In this document: one piece after another, positions 22,700 through 34,701 of the stretch
Numbering within the stretch: position 1 is the first letter of the stretch
Layout of the letters: every line of letters begins with the position of its first letter
Assembly (NCBI RefSeq): GCF_006345805.1
Contig: NC_042997.1
Coordinates: 111,724,001-111,788,000, forward strand
Reading direction: 5' to 3'
DNA length: 64,000 bases
Origin: Octopus sinensis
Taxonomy: Eukaryota
Translations under genes and position numbers: made by a program
Notes under the pieces: generated by a model
What the model saw: only the letters and a program-made list of their open reading frames with translations
Told to the model about the DNA's origin: nothing
The model's database searches: none

Positions 22700-24679
22700 C
22701 ACACAACAGAATACAATAGACATAGCTTATTAATTCATAAATTCTAAGCTAAAACCATTCTCAGCAGCAGTGATAATTAGCTGAAACTGTCATTATGAGA
22801 TTTTAATTTTTAATGAACAGAAAATTAGGATGTGTGTGTGTGTGTGTGTGTTAATACCATAAATGAGCTGGGTGGTGGTGGTGGTCAGATGTAGGTGTGT
22901 GGTGCAAGTAAAGAGAAACCTGCTACTAAGTAGCCACTGTCTGACTGGTCAAGTAAGGGAGTCTTTATGGAGTCAATTGACCTGCTAGAAATGACAGCCA
23001 AATCTCCGTCAAATCTTCACTGGTGTCTTAAGAAAACAAGAAGCACACATTGAATAATGTGATGCTAGATACACTATAAGATAGGATGGTCGTGGCTGGA
23101 CTAATTATATGTCTGCTCAGTCAAACAGTCAACAACAACAATTCAACCATGAACAATATTAACCCAGAGAATTGGTGAGAAATTTTCCCTAAGACATGTT
23201 TCTTTCCATGTTTGTCTTGGGATACTTCTTCAGCCCTTTTTTTCAAAAGCCTGTATGAAAATGGGAAGTGCAAGCATGGCTGTGTAGTAAGAAGCCTGCT
23301 TCCCAGCCAAATGGTTCTGGGTTCAGTCCCACTGTATGGCAACTTGGGCAAGTGTCTTCTATAGCCTTGGGCCAACCAAAGCCTTGTGAGTAGATTTGCT
23401 GAGTATATCTGCCTTTAAACCCAAAATAATATTAAGCCTGAACAGGATAAACTAACCCTATTTTGCAGAAAAAGGTCAGAGCACCATGACGTGTAATCAC
23501 AGGGGTATGAGTTTGAGCCTCATAGCTGGCTGCCAATACTTTTATTCTGCAAAATAAGAGTAGTTTATCATGTTCAGGCTTAATATTATTAGCATTATCC
23601 TGCATTTGAGAATGCCTCTGATACAAACTTCCTGTTTTAACTCATTAAATCCCACTGTCCTATAAATAGGACACTAAATAAAAACATTAAATAAGCTATA
23701 TCACATTGTCTCAGTGTCCTAATTATAGGACACCGAGTATTTCCATTTCTACTTGCAGTAAAGGAGTTTTAATGATTATTTTTTTTCATTTTAACCTATT
23801 TTCAATCATCTGTAAAATATTCAGAAGGACTTGGACCAAACAGTCACTTCTTTAACTTTCTAAGACATCTCAATGCTTCTAAAGCAAACTTTGTTTGTTT
23901 ACTTTCGTAGTAATTTGAATTTATATTAAGCATCATGTGACACAAAAACCCCTAACTTTTTAACATGTAGCAAGGGTCACAATATTGCCATGTATAACAT
24001 TAACCCTGTGGTGGGAATTTGAAGATGAATCCCTGGGTATACAGTCAGACATCTCTAGCAAACCACTATGGTTTCATGTAATTGCTCAATTAACTAACCA
24101 ATCAGCACCAAGCCATTACATGATTCAATCTTATAGAATCTTCTTGTGCCCTATAAAAGGCCCCTTTTAGTAGTAATTAATACCAGAATGTTGAGGTAGT
24201 TGAGCTTTAAGTGTCACCATTTCCTGCCACCTCAGATGGCATGCATTTTTTAACATGGTTTCCATGGCTGGGGGTTAAAAGAAATTTTGCAATAAACATT
24301 TTTTACCTTAAAAAAAAGTTGCATCCAGAAGAATCTGCAACAAAAGGTACGTTATTTGTGCAACATTATTTGCAATTTTTATGTGTTTTAAATGACCTCA
24401 TCGCATTTTTTTAATGTTTGACATTGATTAAAGACTTGGCCTATTTAATTCTTTTATAAAACTTTTTATTGTTTTTCTCTTTATTTAAAAAAAATTCTCA
24501 CATAATAAGCTTTATTCTTGTTCATAGGAAGGATTTGTTGTCTGGTGGAGTTTTTTTATTTGGCAAAATTTCTCACAGAAAATTTTTCTTCAGCAAATTT
24601 TCCCATGGCAAAAATTTTTATGGTGAATTTTCTGGACACACATGGCTGGATGATGGTATCTGATGAATTTGCCTACAGC

Positions 24680-24991
24680 AATTCGCCTACAACCACAGAC
24701 ATAGACACACACACACACACACACACATGCAGCCGCACACACATACATACAACCATACATACACATACATACATACAACTACTCCCACACTCACACACAC
24801 ATACATACAACCACACACACACATAAAACCATACATACACACACATACATACAACTACTCCCACACTTACACACACATACATACAACTACTCCCACACTT
24901 ACATACACATACATACAACCACACACACACACATAAAACCATACATTCACACACATACAGCCACACACAGATAAGTTGTTGTAGCCGAATT
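24680..24991. repeat. Compound (CA/CATA) microsatellite flanked by a 14-bp inverted repeat
   Basis: aattcgcctacaac (24680-24693) versus gttgtagccgaatt (24978-24991), one mismatch. Confidence 0.6.
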
Positions 24992-25332
24992 CACCTTGAA
25001 CCAGCTGGATTCCCCTCCAAACATCAACCACCTTACATGGGGTACATGGGATGCTTCTCATGTGGTACCACCATTAGTCAGGTTGCCATGCTACATGCAG
25101 ACTATAAATCTCAAGAGATGTGGCTTTATACAAGGTTGCAGAGGGGTTAAAGTATGAGAGAAGGGACCAGGATGGGAAAGGCTTCTTGGTTTAAGGGAGC
25201 TACATGACAAATTAGGTTTTGGAAGAGAGGGGACGAGTGATGAAGGGGAGTTAGGAAAGGGATACAATTGATGGTGATGAGGTGTCAGGGTGGACTCCAA
25301 AGGTATGAGGTGGGTAGATATGGCAGAGTGGA

Positions 25333-25605
25333 AGGACCGGAAGCAAGGGAAGAGGGGTGACTTTAGGACTGGAAGTAAGGGAGGAGGGGTGACTTTTGGA
25401 CCAGAAGCAAGGGAGGAAGAGTGACTTTGGGACCAAAATCAAGGGAGGAGGGGTGACTTTGGGACCAGAAGCAAGGGAGGAGGAGTGACTTTGGGACCAA
25501 AACCAAGGGAGGAGGGGTGACTTTGGGACCAGAAGCAAAGGAGTAGGGGTGACCTTGGGACCAGAAGCAAGGGAAGAGGGATGGCTTTGGGACCAGAAGC
25601 AAGTG
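25333..25605. repeat. 32-bp G-rich minisatellite, about 8.5 copies (gactttgggaccagaagcaagggaggaggggt)
   Basis: Unit starts at 25359, 25391, 25423, 25455, 25487, 25519, 25551 and 25583. Confidence 0.95.
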
Positions 25606-26789
25606 GAAGTGACATCACGTCAAGGAGCAGGGCATTTGAATGGCCTCTTTCTTAATCAGGGTATTGAGGGGAACAGGCATGTGGAAAGGATCTCTAAGGG
25701 AGAGTAGTTTCTGGCTAGAGGTTGGGGTAGTGTACATGTGCATGTATGACCAACAAGTTTTGCTGATCTTTGTAAACCAAAGATGAATATGCTGTTCTGA
25801 GTTTGTCTTTGAGGTGAGAGTGTCCTTTTTTTTTTGCCTTTTTTTCTTCTGTAGAAGTAGACAAGGCAGCAGGTGCAGGAGTGTGGGTTATGGGAAGATG
25901 CCAGTGTGTACAAGGGTGGGGAATGAGAGCTGGGTAATGGGTTAAGCCATTTCCTCAATTCGCTAATATGAGAAGAAATAGTTTCTGTCATGGAAAGTTT
26001 GAGTGTTTAAATTACCAATGCTGCTATGCTAATTACCATGGAACATTAATTAATCTACTTCATTTATGTCAACTAATTATTCTCTTTGAAAAGTCATCAA
26101 CATATTCCACCACCTGACCACACCCATAGTCTCTTTAACTTCTTAAAGTATGGCAACTTTTTACTAAACTTCTAAACACACACACAAACACACACATATC
26201 ACAGTAGCATGGTATTGACCAGACCATCAGATGTTGTTATACACCACTGGTCACAATGCGCTTCCAGTTCTGTCTTGATTGCATCATTCTTTCCCATCTT
26301 GACCCAAATTGCTTGACTAACTTGTTTTGCCATTGTTGTAGAAGCCTTCCAAGGGCCCTTCTCTGATCTTTTGGATATCACTCAACAACTGCACAGGTCC
26401 ACCTGTTGTCTGTGAACCTTACGACATATCTGGCCAGGTGGAACTCAGGCTTTTGGTATTCTACAATTTCATCCTTCACTCTGCTCCAATCTTGAATTTT
26501 CTCATTTCAAATCTGATCTCTTAACCCATTCATGCCGATCATCCGTTTAAACTGACCCTTAATTTATAAGGGTATAAAACAAATACTTGATACAAATTGT
26601 GATTTGTGTATGTTCTGTATCTTATTTCTTTACTACCCACAAGGGGCTAAACACAGAGAGGACAAACAAAGACATCAAAGAATGTAACATGCCCTTAACG
26701 TGCATGCAGTCTATATCAAACGGATTTCAATGAAATTTCTTTTCAGTTGTTATTTTGGTCAAAATAATAGAATCTGTGAATTTTCAGGC

Positions 26790-26990
26790 AATTTCATTCA
26801 CTAGAAAAATTTTGGCACAAATGAGTTAATGATATTCTTTGCATGGACCTTTCCATGGCCTTTTGCAGTGTAACCAATTGATGTTTTATTCCCTTTGTGA
26901 ATGAGAACACAGGTAGGATGGTGTTTTTGAAGAGTCTGGCTTTGTTTGGAGTACATCTTTTATCGAGTGAAGTGCTTTCCATCCTACCCT
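26790..26990 (-). mobile_element. RTE-like LINE ORF2 fragment
   Basis: ORF 26794-26982: KARLFKNTILPV...LVTLQKAMERSMQRISL resembles the post-RT region of RTE elements (Q.AMERSML.ISL). Confidence 0.55.
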
Positions 26991-27351
26991 TATCCTCTTT
27001 GACAGTTCAGCACCCATATCTCAGTACATAGTCACTGTGTGCTCTAAATGGACATAATTCTTTACCTCTTCAATTTCAACACTTCCCCACAGAATAATAA
27101 AGTAATAATAAATCTCTGAGCGAGGTATACTTCATGAATAATAAAGTGTTTTATAAAAAGCATTAAATAGGCAAGTCTTTATTCAATGTCAAACACTAAA
27201 AAAACATGATGAGGTCATTTAAAACACATATACATTCCAAGCAATGCTGCACAAGCACTGTATCTTTTGCTGCAGGATTGTATCAAATGTCATTTTTTTT
27301 TACAGCAAATTTTCCTATGACAAAAATGTTTATGATGAAATTTCTTATAAC

Positions 27352-27520
27352 TGAAAGAAATGGTCTATGATGGCGGTAAAGCATTTGAAGCACAGAGAAT
27401 CGACTACTGACTTCAATCTCAGACACTTTTCTGCCTGAAAATGCTTATAATATCTGCAGTCGGGTCTGTTTGTTCAAAGTCGGACTTACAAGTCATATGA
27501 CATCTCATGATGTCGTCTAT
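27352..27520 (+). mobile_element. BovB-like RTE C-terminal zinc-finger fragment
   Basis: Translates in part as ICSRVCLFKVGLTSHMTSH (C..C.S..GL.SH...H-like) after a W...V..G...FE..R motif. Confidence 0.5.
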
Positions 27521-28849
27521 AAGAGATAGCTTCATTCTGAAAAGATGTTTATCACCATATATGTGTGTATATATATAAGGTTTTCTGAAAATGATAAGCA
27601 CAATAGACTAATGTCCTAGCAGGGTTAGGGGATTAGTCTTCAGTTTGATGAAGGGCACAAGTTAAACACTGAAATGTAATTGACTTACATAACTGACACC
27701 TATATAATTGACAGGGCCATAGTTCTAATTATCTTATCTATGTGTGGATTTAGGTAAAGTGGATGTGTGGGTGTGTGTATGCATGTGTGTGCGTATGTGT
27801 GTAGCGTGCAAAGCGAGAGGAATAGAGAGAGAACAAGAAGAAGAGTAAAGAGGAAGGAGAGCCGAAAGAGTTGGTAGAAAGAAGAGCAAAAAGGATTGAG
27901 AGCAGAGAGGAAGGAGGCCAATGAGGAAGGAGAGCTGGGAGAAAATAGAGCTTATAGGAAGGAGAGCTGAAAAGTGGAAAGAAAAAGGGCTGAGAGGAAG
28001 AAGTGCTAGGTGGAAGGAGAGCTAGACAGAAAGAGAGTAGGGATGGAGTTAAGGCTGGGTTTGGAGGAGAGAAAGAGATGAAGAATAATTGATGTTTCTG
28101 TGAATCGGTTAAGACACAATTCTTCAGACTGAAGCTGGTGCAGCAGAAATAAGCAGCAGACATAAGCAGTGAAGGATGAGATTTGGGGCTGGGGAGGATC
28201 AGGAATTTCCATAGAACAGGGAAGAGGGTGATGTCTGTGTTGGGTCAAAGTCTATGAATATTTAAGACGACAAACAGAGAAATGTCCAGTAAATTTAGCT
28301 GAAATATGTAAGGAAGTGCAGAAGGTCTGAGGTCATGATAACATATTGTCAAGAACCACGACCAAATGCTTTGAAGAGAATGAACTCTTCAAAAGACACC
28401 AATTGGGGAGCTGATAGTATTAAACAGGTTGTGTATATATGGGTGTATATGTGTGCGTTATTTGTTGGAAATGTAAAATGTATAGATTGGTTTCCTTTTC
28501 CCAAAAAATCTTATGTAGTTTTTCAAAGCCATAATTTTATTTTATTTCCATTTATGAATTTGTATTGTAAGATTCCTAATGTGAAACCGTGTGTTGAAAC
28601 AAATATTATCACATTTCAGGACGGTCACTTTTTTTTTTTTTACCAAATAAATACATTCACCATATATTCGTTCTTCAGTCTTCTTTACAGTTCTTATTTT
28701 ATCTTATATCCATTATCTGGACACATGTGGTTGGAAAGGGTTGCTGAAGAGCTCAGAGAGTAAAAGAGTAAAATTAAAAGAGACCCGAAATATAACAATA
28801 TATTTTATTTAAATTTCTTTGAAAAGAAAAATGGACAAAAAACAAGTAT

Positions 28850-29205
28850 CACGTATATCGCTTGAAGATTAATAGCTACGCTTTTGTACATCCATAGTTG
28901 AAAAACTACGTAACGTGACGAAATAATAGCGATCGACAGGTTCGTCGTAAGACTCGGATCTTCAGGACACGTAAATATCTGAATTATGACCCAGACAATT
29001 TCCGTAAAAACAACCACAGATGAATTCCTTTTAACAGGGAAACCGTGTGAGCTGTCAGGCTATTTTTTCTTGCCACCTTTAACGAAGTTGCCCCCTCAAA
29101 GGACATTTTATAACAACGCCAATGTAATTCGTGTAAGTAATTCTCCGTCGATCGTTTGTCAATGGTTGTTAATGGTTACGGCGATGATGCGAACCACTCG
29201 AACGA
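28850..29205. promoter_or_regulatory. CpG-retaining unique segment, promoter or first-exon-like
   Basis: I count 25 CG dinucleotides in about 355 bp here versus about 6 in 28321-28800; non-repetitive sequence. Confidence 0.45.
28986..29132 (+). CDS. Candidate first coding exon (MTQTISVKTTTDEFLLTGKPCELSGYFFLPPLTKLPPQRTFYNNANVIR)
   Basis: ATG at 28986, 49 open codons, consensus donor CGT|gtaagt at 29133 (phase 0), inside a CpG-retaining patch. No homology recognised. Confidence 0.4.
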
Positions 29206-29282
29206 TTTTACATGGCTTTTTCATTTTCCAACCAACAACAATCAATTGTTTTGTTAGCATCAGTAGTTTCCTGTTTACATAT

Positions 29283-29341
<59 letters not shown>

Positions 29342-29507
29342 TGTGTGTGGTCAGTGGATCATATATCCGAAAAACAAGCACATCTACCAACTCCGACACA
29401 AATATGTGTGTGCATGTATACATGTATGTATGTATATATGTATGTATGTATCTATGTATGTATATGTATGAATGTATGTATGTGTGTGTATGAATGTATG
29501 TATGTAG

Positions 29508-29574
<67 letters not shown>

Positions 29575-30154
29575 GTATGTATAACACACGCGCGCACACG
29601 TACGTTTCTGTGTACATTATTTGTTATGTATATATATATTTGTTAATATTTCTTTCTCTTTCTCTCTCTGTTGTTGTCTGTCTGTCTGTCTGTCTCTCTG
29701 TATTGTAATCCTTGTCAATAAGTTCAACAAACAATATCGGTATCTTCTACAAGGACGTTGCGTTAGGACAAAACTACACCAGATTGAATGCTTCATTTCG
29801 TCCTTCGAGGTTACGAGTTCAAATTCCGCTGTGCAGGGTCGGACCCAAGGAGCTGGGTGCTGAGAGGCATGTGCCACCTCCTCCAAGAACAGGAGTGCAC
29901 CCTTCTAAATAACGTTATTACGCCCTTTTCTTCTGGAATTGTATTCCCTTCTGACCTTGTGCCTTCCTTTCGAAAAATTCCCGGGACCGCACCTGCTGGG
30001 GTCGTCTTGAAGAACGTGATTGGGAGAATGTGAGTTTGTGATAGTCATGCCGTTTCCTAAAAGCATTAGTGACATTCATAGAGCGATATGACGTGTTGGA
30101 ATTAATCCTGTGGTCTGATATTTTTGAAGCGCATGTCTGAAAATCTGGTATTTA

Positions 30155-30546
30155 TCTCTCTCTATATAAAGCCGAAGTTGTCTGTGTATGGCAGGTTTGG
30201 TAGCCTTCAACTAACACTATCTCCTCCAAGACCCTACGGCGCAAGTTGACCAAATTTGGGAGTATGATAGAAGAAGGCTTGCTCTTCCTTCCGTAGAAGA
30301 AAAAATTCAAATCGGACCATGTTAACACCAAAACCTATTTACATGAAAAAGGTGCTTTTTTTCTACGAAAATCCCTATTTTTAACGATTTTTTGACTGCT
30401 GTGTCGCCATTTTTCGGTGTATTTCAACCAGAAAAATGTTCACTTAAAGAGAATAACAAGCTACATTATGCAAAATTTTTACTTTTCAAAATTTCCAATT
30501 CTAAAGGGGCGAAACAAACCCGAGCAACGCCGGGCGATACTGCTAG
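30155..30546 (+). mobile_element. Non-autonomous Helitron-type element (392 bp)
   Basis: Inserted between A and T; 5' TC(tctctctatataaa); subterminal hairpin cccgagcaacgccggg (30519-30534); 3' CTAG at 30543-30546; no TSD. Confidence 0.8.
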
Positions 30547-30933
30547 TTTAAGTCTAAAGAGAATCCGTTTGTTTGATTCCCCTTTGGATCCTTCTAGAAC
30601 TGTGGGAAAACTTGAACTCGAGGCTAAATGTTTATGAAACATTAGCCTATTGTTCGGCGATTTTGATTACACACTCCTCATCATCGTATCGATCATAATC
30701 AGACTTCATTGGTAATTAGTTTTCATTGATCTCTCTCTTCCTTTACAAGTTCACGATTGATGAAAGAGCGACAGATTCATGTTCCACAACATCGATGCCT
30801 GTCATTGCAGGACTTCTTTGCTTTCTCTTTCCCTGTGTGGGTCCCCATATTAGCGGTTGAGGAATTAATTCTACTTCTTTTGGAGTTTCCAATAAAATTT
30901 ATTCAGTTTTGATTAATATATCAATATTAATAT

Positions 30934-31150
30934 ACTCTTTACTCTTTTACTTGTTTCAGTCATGTGACTGTGGTCATGCTGGAGCACTGCCTTTGGTCGA
31001 GCAAATCGACCCCAGGACTTATTCTTTGTAAGCCTAGTACTTATTCTATCGGTCACTTTTGTCGAACCGCTAAGTTACGGGGACGTAAACATACCAGCAT
31101 CGGTTGTCAAGTGATGTTGGGGTGGGACAAACACAGATACACATACATAC

Positions 31151-31227
<77 letters not shown>

Positions 31228-31390
31228 TACGATAGGTTTCTTTCAGTTACCATCTACCAAATCCACTCACAAGGCTTTGGTCGGCCTGGGGATATAGTAG
31301 AAGACACTTGCCCAAGGTGCCATGCAGTGAGACTGAACCTGGAACTATGTGGCTTGTAAGCACACTACTTACCACACAGCTACTCCTACA
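30934..31390 (-). mobile_element. SINE family B (full length, CpG-retaining) with an internal (TA)n of about 70 bp
   Basis: Tail (tactctt)n, complete body, head ...ccacacagctactcctac. Confidence 0.9.
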
Positions 31391-31597
31391 ACTATGGTGA
31401 GGTGTATACTAACTTGTAATTAATGATTATCAACAGTAGTAAAATATATTGACTCGTAGCTAACTGTTAGCAACAGTAGTGAAATCTACCAACCTGCAGT
31501 TAACCATTAGCAGCAGTAGAGAAAAAAACTATACCAGTCTTTAGGTAAGTCATTAAGGAATATACCAACCTGTAGTTATCCAATAGCTACAACAAGT

Positions 31598-31935
31598 GGA
31601 GGCGTAATGGCCCAGTGGTTAGGGCAGCGGACTCGCGGTCTGAGGATCATGGTTTCAACTCCCAGATCGGGCGTTGTGTGTGTTTTTTGAGCGAAAACAC
31701 CTTAAGCTCCACGGGGCTCCGGCAGGGGGTGGGGGTGTCGACCCCAGTTGTACTCTTTCACCCCAACTTTCTCTCACTCTTTCTTCCTGTTTCTTGTCCC
31801 CGACATCCTACGCAACTGCTGAGCCTGGATGCGCATTCATCCATCCATCGATGCTCTCAGTGTCGGAGGTTGACCTGCTTTCTCTTCTGCGGGTCTTACG
31901 AATAGCAAAAGGACCATGTTTCGGACCACCCAACA
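31598..31935 (+). mobile_element. tRNA-derived SINE (D-related head, different tail)
   Basis: A-box tggcccagtggttaggg and B-box-like ggtttcaactcccag, then ttgagcgaaaacacc and a distinct body. Confidence 0.65.
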
Positions 31936-32276
31936 GCAACAGCAACAACAGGGAAATATGCCAGATTGTAGTTAACCATTAGCAGCGGTGGAAAAGTATA
32001 CCAGCCAGTAGTTAGTAACAGAAAGGAAATCTACCAACTTGTGGTTAACCACTGGTAACAGTAGGGAAACTATACTAGCCTATAGTTTAACCATTTGTTT
32101 GTAACAGAAGGAAAGTAATATACCAGCTTGTAATTAATTAGCAACATTAGGGGAAATTGATCAACCTGTAGCTCATCATCAGCTGACTCAAGAATTACAG
32201 TGAGTTGGCAAACTGGGTGATGTAGTAAGGTTTGTAGTCCCTTTACATCACAACCAGTTTTTGTTTTAGTTTTCAT

Positions 32277-32670
32277 GTAGGAGTGGCTGTGTGGTAAGTA
32301 GCTTGCTTACCAACCACATGGTTCCAGGTTCAGTCCCACTGTGTGGCACCTTGGGCAAGTGTCTTCTGCTATAGCCTCGGGCTGACCAAAGCCTTGTGAG
32401 TGGATTTGGTAGACGGAAACTGAAAGAAGCCCGTCGTATATATGTATATATGTGTGTGTGTGTTTGTGTGTCTATTTGTCCCCCCAATATCGCTTGACAG
32501 CCAATGCTGGTGTGTTTACGTCCCGTAACTTAGCAGTTCGGCAAAAGAGACCGATAGAATAAGTACTAGGCTTACAAAGAATAAGTCTTGTGGTCGATTT
32601 GCTTGACTAAAGGTGGTGCTCCAGCATGGCCACAGTCAAATGACTGAAACAGGTAAAAGAGTAAAAGAGT
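32277..32670 (+). mobile_element. SINE family B (full length)
   Basis: gtaggagtggctgtgtggtaag...ggttcagtcccactg...tail aaaagagtaaaagagt. Confidence 0.9.
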
Positions 32671-33442
32671 CCATTGTACTATGCCAGTACGGGTTACATG
32701 AATATTGAGGCATTGTTTTATAGAGAGATGCAGTTCCTGTTGCTAACCCTTACTTCTTTATCAAGTAAGGGACCTTAAAGATACGAAGCCTGTGGACAAG
32801 CTATTGACATGATCAAGTTGATGTGGAACAAGACAGGTGATGTGCTGGGTGTGACAGACAATCAATGAACTTCAGGATCAACCCATTGGATCTCTAGAAA
32901 CTACTTATGGAACTACAAAATGATCTTGAGAAATTCAGACCAAGATGATGGAGAGAAACACAAGACCAGAATAAGTGGAAAGGCCTATGTCTAACAAAAG
33001 ACACAAGATAATGTTTCAAACCAAGGCCATTGGAACTGTGGTTCTCAACCATTCTTCACCTATGGATCCTTTTGACTCCTATATTATTTGGGTGGACCCT
33101 CATAGCCATTTAATGTTTTAAAAAAAATCCTCTTATATTTTTATAATTAGGCATTCTACCAGTGAGTTGGTAGAATTGGAAGAGCATGGGACAAAAGAAC
33201 CGCGTGATATTTCTTTAAGGTGGAAACATGGCAGAGGCAAAATGCTTAGTGGCATTTCATCTGACTTTATGTTCTGAATTCAATTTCGGCTGAGGTTGAT
33301 TTTGTCTTTCATTTGGTGTTAGGAAGGGCATCCAGCTGTAGAAACCTTGCCAGATCAGATTGGAGCCTGGTGCAGCTTCCTGGCTTGCCAATCTCCAGTC
33401 AAACTGTCCAACCCATGCCAGCATAGAAAACAGACGTTAAAC

Positions 33443-33477
<35 letters not shown>

Positions 33478-34217
33478 GGGGTCAATAAAATAAGTACCAG
33501 TTGAGCACTGTGGTCAATGTAATCAACTTGACCCCCCCTCTTCCGAAATTGCTGGCCTTGTGCCAAAATTTGAAACCAATATTATCAGCCTTCTTAAGGA
33601 GGCAAGCTAGCAGAATTGTTAGCATGCTGGACAAAACACCAAGCAGCATTTCATCTGTCTTTACGTTCTGAGTTCAAATTCTGCCAAGGTTGACTTTGCC
33701 TTTCATCCTTTCGGGGTCGATAGAATAAGTGCCATAACTGACTTATTTCCTGTCCAGAATTGCCAACCTTGTGTCAACATTTAAAACCAATATTATCCTC
33801 AACCTTCAGTTTACGGGAAATATACCTATGCAGAGTGTTTGCCTCCCAGGTCATTTCTGAGCTATGCTAACCCTGCACTTCTGGGTTCCCCCTGGGAATG
33901 GAAGCAGGAAGTGGGTATTTCTTGAAGAGGAATTCACTACTGACCCCAAAAATGTTGTTCTCTTCTCTTTTGAGCGTTTGATTGATGTGTTTCTTTCTGC
34001 TGTTGTCTTAGTGATATCATCTAACACTTAAAGACTTTCTGTACCTCTTCCTTTCTTTCTTCTTTTAAGAAAGACTCTGTTGATGTCTGTATGTAAGTAT
34101 GTGTGTGTAAGGTATATGCATGTTCTCTTTCTCTTTTTAATGTTGAATAAATTTTGATTGGCTGCCTAGTTCATGGCATGGTTGTGAAGGAAAGCATCTT
34201 GTTTTAACCATCATCCT

Positions 34218-34368
34218 TTAAATCTTAAGAAGGTCTCCCAGACGTTTTATAGACTCAGGTATCATGATCCTTTGTAGCATATGACTTAAGGATTTGCATT
34301 CTCTCTCCAAAATGCCAAGTTCAGCCAGACTTTGCTCCAGACCGGTCGGTATGTATCCTGCTGCCCCA
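34218..34368 (-). mobile_element. Duplicated C-terminal ~50 codons of an R4/Dong-like RLE LINE
   Basis: GAAGYIPTGLEQSLAELGILERECKSLSHMLQRIMIPESIKRLGDLLKI*, a close copy of 34702-34850. Confidence 0.75.
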
Positions 34369-34369
34369 A

Positions 34370-34540
34370 TAATAATAATAATAATAACAACATTGAAAAA
34401 TATTTTAGGAATGAGAACCCAGGTTTGAAATTTCCCCAAGACACCTGATGAAGGCTGGAGGGTATATCAGCTGAAATGTTGTGTTAAAAACAAACAAGAT
34501 GAGGACAAATATCTGTCAAATACAAGTAATGTAAATAATG
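34370..34540 (+). mobile_element. Headless copy of the hammerhead-bearing (Penelope-like) element
   Basis: (AAT)n-cattgaaaaatattttaggaatgagaacccagg...gacacCTGATGAaggctggagggtatatcagctGAAAtgttgtgtt, near-identical to 45300-45440. Confidence 0.8.
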
Positions 34541-34701
34541 AACAAAGAATTTAGTAAAGTAACTTAGTTATCGTTCAGCTAGTGTTAGGAACATAAATTG
34601 TGACTAAGGTTTGGTGGAAGATTTTAATTCAAAACTTGTGAAAACAAGACATTTGTACTACAGAGCCAGACCCAGTTTCAGCTATGTTGGTAATGAAAGG
34701 G
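34541..34701. mobile_element. Truncated TTAA (piggyBac-type) MITE
   Basis: Right end ggtaatgaaaggg-TTAA (34702-34705); body matches 6069-6290; left end missing. Confidence 0.8.

Noticed and set aside
27800-28330. Purine-rich stretch translating as E/K/R-rich peptide
   Set aside because: Low-complexity GA-rich DNA with frequent stops and no splice support.
31598-31680. tRNA gene candidates (A/B boxes here, at 45181-45253, and in all SINE heads)
   Set aside because: Cloverleaf stems do not pair properly and each head continues into a multicopy SINE body.
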